Of a stretch of DNA of 64,000 bases, positions 12,054 through 21,879 are shown in pieces. Source of the DNA: Eledone cirrhosa (taxonomy: Eukaryota); contig CAXHJY010001591.1 of assembly GCA_964016885.1 (NCBI GenBank), forward strand, positions 124,001 to 188,000, in the 5' to 3' direction. The position numbers and the translations under genes are program-made. A model generated the notes under the pieces. It made no database searches. It was not told the DNA's origin and saw nothing but the letters and a program-made list of their open reading frames with translations. How positions within the stretch are numbered: position 1 is the stretch's first letter; every line of letters begins with the position of its first letter.

Positions 12054-13032
12054 ATATGAAAAATTCATATTACTGAGCTCCGGCCATTTGAACAGCTAGA
12101 TCTGAACTGAAGTACCGGTGTTAGAGCAGTGGGATTCTAGCTGGTCTCCTTAGGGGGTAGAATCAATATATAGGCAGACAGTCTGTGCATAAAATAATCT
12201 TTAAAGTTCCCTTGTTTTTTGTTTTTTCGGGGAGTGGTCAATATGTACATCTTCGTAAAGTTAGCTGTTTTAGTCCTGCTTTATCCTGATAAATGTCTAT
12301 CATAGCATCACAGACCCGGTTGGCTTCTTGATTTATTACATTCATATGGGCAAAACATAGGAAAAGCTAGATGGAATGAATCCTCAGAGGAGTGGGTGAT
12401 TAAACCTGTTGACCTGAAGATGTTAAATATAAATATACAAACAAATAAACAAACTATGCTAATTCCTTTGACTTAGATAGGCTGAAAATTTCTCCTGTTT
12501 TTTTGTTGTTTTTTTTAACCTAATGTAGCTAAGTACAATGTTAATTTTACAGATTTACTATGAATGTTTAAGATAAGGTAGAATTATTTCTTAAATGTAT
12601 GTGTGCTCTACTAGCAGGCTTAACATCTTCAGGTCAACAGGTTTAGTCACCCAGTTCTTCTGAGGTTTCATTTCGTCTAGCTTTTCTTATGTTTCGCAGG
12701 TATGAATGTAATAAATCAAGAAGCCGATCAGCATTAGATAAAGATAATTTAAGACATTTATCAGGATAAAACAGGACTAAAACAGCTAACTTTATGAAGA
12801 CTTACATTTGAATAAATGTAAAAACACCCCCAATCACTGACCACTCTCCAAAAAAAACTAAAAACAAGAGAACTTTAAAGATTTTTTTATACACAGACTG
12901 TCTGCCCATATATGGACTCTACCCATTGAGGAGACCAGCTAGATTCCTGCTGCCCTAATCCCGATGCTTCAGTTTGGACCTAGCTGTTGAAACGGCTGGA
13001 GCTCAGCCATAGGGGTCCCAAATTTTTCATAT
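12054..13032. repeat. Diverged long inverted repeat (~370-410 bp arms, ~190 bp spacer); probable fold-back or Penelope-derived element
   Basis: 12054-12426 is reverse-complementary to 12620-13032 (e.g. taaacctgttgacctgaagatgttaa / ttaacatcttcaggtcaacaggttta; gttagctgttttagtcctg / caggactaaaacagctaac), with substitutions and indels. Confidence 0.85.
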
Positions 13033-13039
13033 ATATATA

Positions 13040-13268
13040 TAGAATAAGGAAATATAAAGTTTAGATGATAAAGTCCTTTATTGATAAGGCTGTTATACAT
13101 ATTTCGAGGACGACAATTGGTTACGCAATACAGTATAGAAGCTAGTGTCATGCTCTCTTCAGACAGCTTCTACGCTGTATTGCATAACCAATTGTCGTCC
13201 TTGAAATATGTATAACAGCCTTATCAATAAAGGACTTTATCATCTAAACTTTGTATTTCCTTATTCTA
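13040..13268. repeat. Near-perfect ~104-bp inverted repeat with a 21-nt spacer (Penelope-like fold-back)
   Basis: 13040-13143 is reverse-complementary to 13165-13268 with ~4 mismatches. Confidence 0.92.
13089..13167 (-). ncRNA. Type I hammerhead ribozyme motif
   Basis: Minus strand: gctgt-CTGAAGA-gagcatgaca...tgtcgtcctc-GAAA-tatgta-TA^acagc. Stem I is gctgt/acagc, stem II is long, stem III is minimal; cleavage triplet AUA. Confidence 0.75.
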
Positions 13269-13429
13269 AAAATACTCCATCACTCCTGTGAGGAAAATGC
13301 ACGCTGAGTTCTTGAATTGAATTACATCAATATTTTTGCAATATATATATATATGTATGTTTTAAGTATATGTCATAGCATCTACATCTGTGTGGCTTTA
13401 TTCTGTGTAAATGGTGAACAACTCTAGGA

Positions 13430-13830
13430 CGCCAAAGGCAGTTTCCTACGGTTAACTACGTCAAGGCAAGCAAAACCAAGGGCTCCCCCTCCCCCCAAAA
13501 AACACTTCAAGGACTAAACCAAGTGCCAGCTGGTTCAAGGCAATATTGATCACAAGGAATGGGAATAACTGTCAGAAGACAGAAAGAAATGGAGAGCGAC
13601 CATCAAAACAGCTGCAGCCAGCTTTAAGAAGGGCAGGAAGGTGGCAGCTGAAGACAAACATCAAAGAAGAAAACTGTCTGCCACCCAACTCCCAACTGAT
13701 CAAGAACACACTTGCCCCAACCAGAGCCTGCAGGTCCAGGATTGGCCTCTACAGCCACTCCAGGGCATGCCACCGCACAGAACAGAACAATTCTTCCACT
13801 GATCTTCGTAAGCAAAAAATTCACCATGCA
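13430..13830 (+). mobile_element. RTE-clade LINE 3' end (second family)
   Basis: Reads ...RACRSRIGLYSHSRAC, the C-terminal zinc-finger-like motif of RTE ORF2. Confidence 0.65.
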
Positions 13831-13984
13831 TTCATTCAAATGGTGAAATACAATAGCTATCTAACCTACTTTTTAATTGTTAACTTTAGCTACTTGTAAT
13901 ATATGACTAACAAGAGTAAGCATGTACTTTCATCATACATTAAACTTAAAATGATCTTGCTTTGTGTGTGTATATACTATAAAG

Positions 13985-14264
13985 TGTTCATTTTGGTGCC
14001 ATGACAAAAAGTGCCCAGCCCATACTGTAAAATGGTCGTGTAGGTGTCTCGACAAAAAGCATCCAGCCCACACTGTAAAGTGGTCATGTAGGTCTCACGA
14101 CAAAAAGCACCTAGTACACACTGTAAATGTGGTTGGCATTATAAAGGGCATCCAGCTGCAGAAACCAAGCCCAAATCAGTTCTATATGAGCAAGACATGG
14201 TTATCTGACAACCCATCTAATGTATGCTAGCGTGGAAAATGGACATTAAATGCTGCTGATGATG

Positions 14265-14270
<6 letters not shown>
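13985..14270 (+). mobile_element. RTE 3' UTR or RTE-tailed SINE
   Basis: Same tandem aaaagca.ccagcccacactgtaaagtgg units, gggcatccagctg hairpin and GAT tail as the RTE copies. Confidence 0.7.
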
Positions 14271-14341
<71 letters not shown>

Positions 14342-14349
14342 TTATATAT

Positions 14350-15790
14350 ATGAAACATCAAACCCTCTTCTACTTCCTCCTAAGTGTGAAACTAATAAGA
14401 CTTTGTGTTATTGCATCTCTGTGTTTGTCTTGTCATTTCTTAAAACTATTTTTCCACACTTACATGGCCAACATGCAATTCGAACTTGGATATCTACCCA
14501 GCACCTTGGAACTCTTCACTCAAAGATTACCCACAGATTAAGCAGTCTTCAAATTGCTGGACCTTTGAACTGCTCATGCACTGGAATAATATTGTGACTC
14601 TCCTCCACCACTTTTTCCTTTCTAATTTTTGTTCTCAAAAAATTTTTCTTCTCTCTCTCCTTTCTCTCCCTCCAAGGGGCTTCCCTGCTGTTACCTTCTC
14701 CTTGCCTTCTTGCCCACTATGCCTAACCAAAAAACCTTCCTCCACCACCTCCACTCCTACTTAAAACTGTTCCTTGCCCCTCTTCTCTCCTTCTGCATCC
14801 AACCCGCTCTCCAACTTTCATACCTCATTATTGCTAAAACCTTGCATTCCAGTCATATTAATTTCCTCAGCTGCTGCCTTCATCTCCATCTTATCTCCAC
14901 AAGGTTTTCACATCTGCTTTCACACCACCACTTACTTGTTCCCCTCCTTCAGGCTCATCCTCACCCATTCCTCCCGTCTCCTCCTGCATGCCACTCTCTT
15001 CTCCACCCCTCTCCAAGATCTGCACCATCGACTGTGACATCCTCCCTCCAAATCTTTCTTTATCTCTGTTCTGCATGTCACCCCTTCCTTGCACATTCAA
15101 TCCTTCTCTTCATCCAAAACCTCAACTGCCTACTTTTCCTTTTCCTCACTCCCAAACTCTGCAAATTAAATTCTCACCTTCTGCCCACTCACATGTCTAA
15201 CTTCCCACCCATCCCCCTCACCCTACCAACCCTCTTTCCACCACCCATTCTGCACCTAAAACTTCCAACCTCACCCGCTATTCAACCACCTACTAACCCA
15301 CAACTTGTTATCCTACCACCCGACCTTCTTCTCTCCAGACCTAAGCGTTCCCTCCTCAGTAGGGGCCTGTACTTCATACTCCACACTCACTATTTAGAAC
15401 AACAATTTTCACACTCGAGTGGATATTAATTGATTCCTGCACCACATCAAACTGCATGTGCATTCCCATGACCAGCTCCAAATAACCCGAATTACTTCAT
15501 TCATTGATGTCGGCCAAAGCGCCACAAACTTATTCAACTTCCGTAAACACTCCCAACGAAGCAATATTTCTTGAGCCAAACTCACTGCCCTCTGCTCCCT
15601 CTGAAACTGTGACAACATTGTCATCAAACTGGCAGACAAGAGAAGCACCATGGTTGTGTGGTGTGCCAACCTCTACATGACAGAGGCTCTACAGCAGCTT
15701 CATAACTCCCTTGTCTACCATACCCTTCCCTCTGATCCCACCCCTCAATATCAGCAACAAGTATCCTCCACCATAAAACTCACCACTTCA
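14350..15790 (+). mobile_element. Penelope-like element, degenerate 5' part (pLTR remnant plus N-terminal/RT-proximal ORF)
   Basis: 15610-15780 reads DNIVIKLADKRSTMVVW...YMTEALQQL...YHTLPSDPT (the PLE IKPADKG motif region); pyrimidine-rich upstream ORF remnant; begins with a GAAACATCA hammerhead-like half. Confidence 0.7.
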
Positions 15791-15949
15791 CACAGACACA
15801 TATATATGTGTGTGAGTGTGTGTGTGGGTTTGCATTTGTGTGTGCAGATGCCTAACTCCTGGTAGAGTCAGAGCTGATCCCTCCCAATTTATTTCAGAAA
15901 AGAAGAGAGAGTGATATAGAGGAAGTGAGAAAGATATATAGAGATATAC

Positions 15950-16090
15950 GAGGAATCGATCCCAATACTAGATTGGTACTCTTTTTTTTCCACCTCGAAA
16001 GGATGAAAAGCAAAGTTGACCTCGGCAGGAGTTGAACTGATAGCACAGAGAGCTGGTACAAATACTAACATTCAAATGACACTGCCAATT
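15950..16090 (-). mobile_element. Meta-domain tRNA SINE
   Basis: Minus strand gttcaactcctgccgaggtcaactttgcttttcatcctttcgaggt...gagtaccaa. Confidence 0.7.
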
Positions 16091-16153
16091 CACATTATAT
16101 ATATATAATGGAAGCTCCAACCGTTAAGGTTGTCTTTTTTTCAGGGTATGTCA

Positions 16154-16263
16154 ATATTTATAAAACTAATCTGTATAGTATTTTATCTGATGAAAGCGCA
16201 CCATAATTTGCCTTGGTGGCCCTTGAAATATGTATGATAAAATAAATATGGTTTTATAAATAT
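16154..16263 (+). ncRNA. Type I hammerhead ribozyme motif, probably inactivated (G at the cleavage position)
   Basis: tattttat-CTGATGA(16187)-aag.gcacca...tggtggc.ctt-GAAA(16225)-tatgta-TG-ataaaata; stem I is extended by atatttataaaac/gttttataaatat. Confidence 0.7.
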
Positions 16264-16447
16264 AGTTTCCATTTGTTAATATATTGTATATATATATATA
16301 TCCAGGGGTGTAACTTCGAGCTGCCGATCATTGAGTCAAGTCGGGTAGGATCGATACAGATCGAACCTTGAGCTGATCAGTGGCGAAACGCGCGTCACCT
16401 ACCAATAAATGTAATGAAGGAGTAACCAATCGTCCTTATTATCCTTT

Positions 16448-16484
<37 letters not shown>

Positions 16485-16511
16485 CACACATTAGATATAT
16501 ATATATATATA

Positions 16512-16870
16512 TCATCATCATCATTATCATCGTTTAACGTCTATCTTCCCACGTGAGGCAAGATTGGTCATCTCGCTCGTATGGGACTGTCTGGCGAGTT
16601 TTCTACGGCTGGATGCCCTTCCTAACACCAACCATGTTTACAGTGTAGACTGGGATGTTTTTACCGTGTTACCCACATGGCCACATTACAGCATGGACTA
16701 TGTGTTTTTTTGTCGTGACACCTACACGCCTCATTTATTTAGGACTGGATGTTGTGGAACCAACATAACTTTACAGAGAAATGGGGGTGGGGGTAGTGGG
16801 AGGGGGTTGTATATTTGATTAAGAGATTCCTAGTGACTGTAGGTTTCGCTTTGTACTTAGGCAAGGCGGA
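16512..16870 (-). mobile_element. RTE 3' UTR fragment
   Basis: (CAT)n tail and gctggatgcccttcctaacacca hairpin; homologous to 22600-22995. Confidence 0.7.
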
Positions 16871-16934
16871 TTTTATATATACACATTATATATATATATA
16901 CACACATTATATATATATATATATAATGTGGATA

Positions 16935-17122
16935 GGTGGTGGATTGGCAGTATTGGTAGAGGGTCGGATGCCATGCTTTGACGCATAGAGTTACGGCCCT
17001 TGCCATTCTGAGTTCAAATCCCGCGGAGGTTAACTTTGCCTTTCAATCTTATGGGGTCGATAAAATAAAGTACCAGTAATGCACTGGGATAATTGCTGGC
17101 CTTGTGCCAAAAGTAGAAACAA
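16935..17122 (+). mobile_element. Meta-domain tRNA SINE, near full length
   Basis: A box tggcagtattgg, B box gagttcaaatcc, gaggttaactttgcctttca...ggggtcgataaaataaagtaccag, tail gctggccttgtgccaaaagtagaa. Related copies at ~26830, 27000, 29270, 30980, 36050, 38500, 44110 and 47340. Confidence 0.75.
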
Positions 17123-17139
17123 TTATATATATATATATA

Positions 17140-19170
17140 TCATCATCATCATCATCATCACCGTTTTACGTCCGTTCTTCCACGCTAGCATGGGTTAGAC
17201 AGGTTGTCCTGTTGTGTGCAGTGTCTGGTCGGCTGACCATGCCTTGCTCATACAGGAACTGATATGGCTTGATTTCTACAGCTGGATGCCCTTCCTAACG
17301 CCAACCTCATTTACAGTGAGTGCTGGGTGCTTTTTCGTGGCGCCTACACGTCCACTTTACAGTGTGGGCTGGGTGCTTTTTTGCCGTGGCACCTCCACGA
17401 CCACCTTGCGGTGGGGGGTGTGGGGGCATATTGTCTATATGCTTCAGCTTGTACCCATGGGAGGTTGGGTACTCTGTATTACTGCGTGACGCCAGAAGTC
17501 ACGGTCGTGTGTCATTGTCTTTGAGAGGTGTAATTGGGTAAGGTCGGCTTTTATCACCTCATCCCAGGTCATCTTGGGTCTCCCCACTCCACGGTTTCCA
17601 TCAACTTCTAGTGCTCTGCACCTTTTTATGCAGCTGTTATCCTTCATACGCATCACATGTCCATACCAGCGCAACCGCCTCTCCTGCACACAGCATTTGA
17701 TTCCTCTTATGCTCAGTCTCTCTCTTGATTCATTTATGCTTTGTCGTTCACGTATATTACTGTTACACATCCATCGGAGCATGCAGGCTTCGTTTCTCTC
17801 TAATCTACGTAAGTCTTCCACCTTCAGCGCCCAGGTCTCACTACCATGCAACATCGCTGTTCGGATACATGCATCATACAGTCTGCCTTTCATTCTGAGG
17901 GAGAAGCCTTTTGCAGCTAGCAGTGGTAGTAGTTCCCTAAACTTCTTCCATCCCGTTCTTACCCTAGTTATTGTACTTTCTGAACACCCACCTCCGTTGC
18001 TAATTCAGTCACCTAAGTAGCAGAAGCTGTCTACTGTTTCTACAGGGCCCTCCCAGAGATTGGTGGTTCTTGATTCCTGTGGATGTTTGCTGCTTGCTGT
18101 CTCAGCACAGCTGCTGCATGTGAATCCTACATTCTTAATTAAGCTTCCTGAGATCTTGCTACACCTCTTGTGTACCCATTGTTTGCATTTGGGGCAGAGA
18201 ATGGAGTTCCTACCTACACCTTTCCTACATACTGAGCAAGGCCATTTCCCTGAGGGGATCTGGGTTCTGTTTTCTCGTCTACTTACAAGGACCTTAGTCT
18301 TTGTCATGTTGACTTTGAGACCCTTTCTTTCTAGTCCTTGCTTCCAGGTTTGGAATTTATTCTCTAGTTCTACCATAGATTCAGCTATGAGTGCGAGGTC
18401 ATCAGTATACAGGAGTTCCCATGGGCATCTGGTTTTAAACTCCTCCGTTATTGCCTACAGGACTATGATGAACAGGAGAGGGCTAAGAACAGAGCCCTGG
18501 TGGACCCCAACCTGTACGCTAAATTCCTCGCTATACTCATTGCTAATCCTAACTTTGCTGACTGCTCCCCTATACATGGCTTGTACCGCTTTCACAAGCC
18601 ATTCATCTACTCCTAGTTTTCTAAGAGCCCACCAGATTACAGCACGTGGAACTCTGTCAAAGGCTTTCTCAAGGTCGACAAATGCCAAGTAGAGTGGCTT
18701 ACTTTTAGCTAGGTACTTTTCCTGTAATTGCCTCACAAGGAAGAGGGCATCAGTGGTGCCTCTTCCTGGTACAAACCCAAATTGCATCTCGTCTATTTTC
18801 ACCCGGTCCCTAATCAGCTGTGCTATAACTCTTTCTGTTACTTTCATGACCTGGTCCATCAACTTTATACCTCTATAGTTTCATCTATCTAGTGCATCGC
18901 CTTTACCTTTGTAGCAGTTGACAATGATGCTACTGCACCAATCTTTTGGTATGGCCCCTTCTAGTATTACCTGGTTAACGATACGTGTGGTTATAGTGTG
19001 ACCTACAGACCCAGATGCCTTCAGCATCTCGGCAGCTATACCCGATGGACCGGTTGCCTTCCCCATCTTCATATCTTTGATTGCCTTACTTACTACGCTG
19101 CTGCTGACTTGTACTGCTGGTCCCTCTATAGGGTCTACTTGGGGTAGGGTCTCTTCTTCCCATGCATTCT
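17140..19170 (-). mobile_element. RTE-clade LINE, 5'-truncated RT region (few disablements)
   Basis: GKATGPSGI, QFGFVPGRGTTDA, FVDLEKAFDRV, QGSVLSPLLF, YTDDL, RLRWYGHV, 3' UTR and (GAT)n tail. Confidence 0.95.
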
Positions 19171-19188
19171 ATATATATATATATATAT

Positions 19189-19520
19189 ATGTAATCTGAG
19201 TTTTTTGAATATTAATAGTAACATTCGATTCGTTTGCAATTATGCAAACAAGCCTCAATTTTATAGCCGATCAGTCACTGTGTATTTTTGAAAATAGCAT
19301 ATATTTTCACTAGCTCTGACAGTTTGGCAGGTGAACAGCGAGCTGTACTGATGAAGGGTGATACCCAGAAACATTAGTGTCTGCAGTTCTGTTTGCATGT
19401 CAACACAAGAGCAAGAATGAAGTGTTCATTCTATTGACATGGCTATAAAATTGAGGCTTGTTTGCATAATTGCAAACGAATCGAATGTTATTATTAATAT
19501 TCGAAAAACTCAGATTACAT
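19189..19520. repeat. ~80-bp inverted repeat enclosing a hammerhead ribozyme (Penelope-derived element between (TA)n tracts)
   Basis: 19189-19268 (atgtaatctgagttttt...ttatagcc) is reverse-complementary to 19441-19520 with ~2 mismatches. Confidence 0.92.
19331..19396 (+). ncRNA. Minimal type I hammerhead ribozyme
   Basis: gagctgta-CTGATGA(19348)-a gggt gat accc a-GAAA(19368)-ca ttag tg-TC^tgcagttc. Stem I is 8 bp, extended by gtgaaca/tgtttgc; GUC cleavage triplet after 19381. Confidence 0.85.
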
Positions 19521-19525
19521 TTATT
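19520..19525 (-). terminator. Candidate polyadenylation signal AATAAA for the SRD5A1-like mRNA
   Basis: First AATAAA on the minus strand after the stop codon (~130 nt downstream); lies at the outer edge of the right arm of an inverted repeat. Confidence 0.4.
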
Positions 19526-19653
19526 GTATTCAGCCATGTAGAGCGAAATTTTCTTTTTATATATATATATATATATACACATACATACATGCTGCACAAA
19601 TGCATATACATACCAATAACCTATAACAATACCAAAGTTTCTTTGTGAAGGAA

Positions 19654-19720
19654 TCACCAAACAAAAGGAATAACTATCTTCCTTGTCTTTGGATAGTTGT
19701 CAAATTTCTGCAAATAATAC
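19654..19720 (-). CDS. SRD5A1: SRD5A1-like coding exon 5 (terminal)
   Basis: Acceptor tctatttcag|G; reads (K)YYLQKFDNYPKTRKIVIPFVW-TGA, the typical YxxKFxxYPxxRKxxIPF C-terminus. 67 nt. Total CDS is 780 nt (259 aa plus stop). Confidence 0.95.
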
Positions 19721-19889
19721 CTGAAATAGAAATAAAGTCAAGATATAAATATTGTTTTTGCGTGATAAAATAAAGGTGGAGACTCTAGTTGCATTATGCA
19801 AAAGCCTCAAGCACATGATCAACTAGGTATCAACAAGATTTTCCTAATGCACTAACCAAATAGGATCATCTAAATTGTAAAAGGAAAAG

Positions 19890-21525
19890 GAGCTGGTTGC
19901 TAAATTAGATGATGGGGTTAGTAGTGGCATTGCAACTGATGTGCAAGCAGCGAGAATGGCATTAGACCGTTTCTTTAATGCGAAACACAAAAGTTATATT
20001 GTCTGAGCTACGAAACAAGGGAACAAAAGCTGTTCAATGGGCCTGTGTGGTGGAGGCACAGTGTTGTAACAAAACCATGGATGGAGACAAATGCGTGCTG
20101 AATGATAATATCAGCAGAGATTTGGGATGCTCTGGTCAGTTGCACGAGGTGAAGGTCACTCAGTTTGTATGGTCTGCCCTATGAGTTTTACATAGATATG
20201 CCAGACTTGTTCTCCGATCCCCTCAAAGTGGTCTACTGCAACTGGCAGCAGAACGGGAGTATTCCTAGTATTCCTAGTTCTGTGAGACAGCGTGTAGTAA
20301 TGCTCATGAGGAAAGCTGAGAACAAGAGGGATATGTTCGACAATTTCAGACCCATAACTCCGCTAAACACAGAGTTTAAGATTTTGGCCAAGGTGTTATC
20401 GAAGAAGTTGGCACTTGTCATTGGGGGTTGGTAGGGGAGGCACAAACTTGTCAATCCCGACCAGGTCCATGCACAACAACCCCCACCTCATGCAATACAT
20501 CATAGGGAGGGTAGGGTTTAAACCTGGATTTGGTGGGGCTGTGATCACTTCAGATCAATCAAAAGCTTTTACAATAAGGTCGACCATCGATACCTGGAGG
20601 CTGTCCTCAAAGCATCAGGTTTCAGTCCCATATTCAGAGGCTGGATCGCTGCAATGCACAGCGGCATCAGCTCAGTGGTCAAAGTAAATGGCCACCATTT
20701 GGAACTGTTTCAGATCACGCAATCAATCCGTCAAGGGTGGTCTCTCTCTCCCACTTCTGTACATTCAGCCTTTAATGCGGAAGCTGGATCTGTTGCAGGG
20801 CATCTCACTCAAACCAGGATGCGGAATGGCTATGTCGGCATATGCGGACAACATCAACATTATGGTGTCAAACACCTCGAAAATTGAGGTGGTCGGCACC
20901 ATCTAAGAAGAATATGAAAGGTTGACGGGAGCAAAACTGAACCTGGAAAAGTCAGTGGTTTTGCAGTTCAGCACCTGGAAAGGCAATTCCATGCCAGTCA
21001 GCAATATTGTCGGACACGGAACGGTTGGACTGGTGAAGTTGCTTGGGGATAGTTCAGACCAGACCTCCATGTAGATAAGAATTGGGAAGAGCAGGGTGGC
21101 CACTTGGCAGTGCTACCGGGAAACTCTGCTGGTTTGATATAAACTCTACAGGCACAGAAGTGTGGTCAGACGAATCTGCTTGAGATGCTTGCATAACGAT
21201 GAAACTGTTCTGTATGCACTTGTCCAGTGTCTATGAAAAACTGACTTGTAGATTTATGTCAAACAGCTGTTATCACGCGTGGGATGGATCCAGCTATTGA
21301 CCGAATCCATAGTGAAGATCACCCTGCTGCCTTCTTTTGGCTGGAAAGGGCAAGCAGTTTTCCTCTGTCTGGTGGCGAAAGAGGTTGTGTGGTGGACCAG
21401 GTTGAAATGACTGAAAACAGATACTTTCCTCTTTGGCCAATCCCTCATCAAATTTTTTTAGTTTCACTTGGAAAGGAAAGTGAGGGTGGAGAGGGAAGTG
21501 CTGCCCCCCACCCCCCAATAAAGAA
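19890..21525 (+). mobile_element. Degenerate Tx1/L1-clade LINE ORF2
   Basis: DNFRPITPLNTEFKILAKVLSKKL, DQSKAF, SIRQGWSLSP, SAYADNI, GAKLNLEKS; many frameshifts; ends with aataaagaaa. Confidence 0.8.
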
Positions 21526-21879
21526 ATAATAATTATTATTATATTTTCTTTTGATTTCGCTTTATGTGCAATGACTATCAAGTGTCAACCAGATACTTAG
21601 GGCCGGCATTGTTTGTTTTGACAGTTTTAGATAGCTTTTTTTTCTACTTTGTTCCATCCTCACATTCACATAACAAGTCATATCACAAAAGTTGATAGGT
21701 AAATAGCTAAAAAAAGAAAAGTGAGATAATATAAAAAGGTAGTAGTAGGAAGAAATAAAAAGAAGTATTAAAGAATATAAAAGATATGAATTAATTTTGC
21801 ATTAAGGATGTTTGAATGGTATTAAATATTAATTAAATTTGCTCTAAAAATTACACAGAAAAGATTGTGTGTTGACATA

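Noticed and set aside
14629-15429. 266-aa Leu/Pro/His-rich ORF
   Set aside because: Pyrimidine-rich decayed Penelope sequence; no host protein motif.
16935-17030. tRNA-like A and B boxes
   Set aside because: SINE head; no complete cloverleaf, and it is followed by a SINE body and tail.
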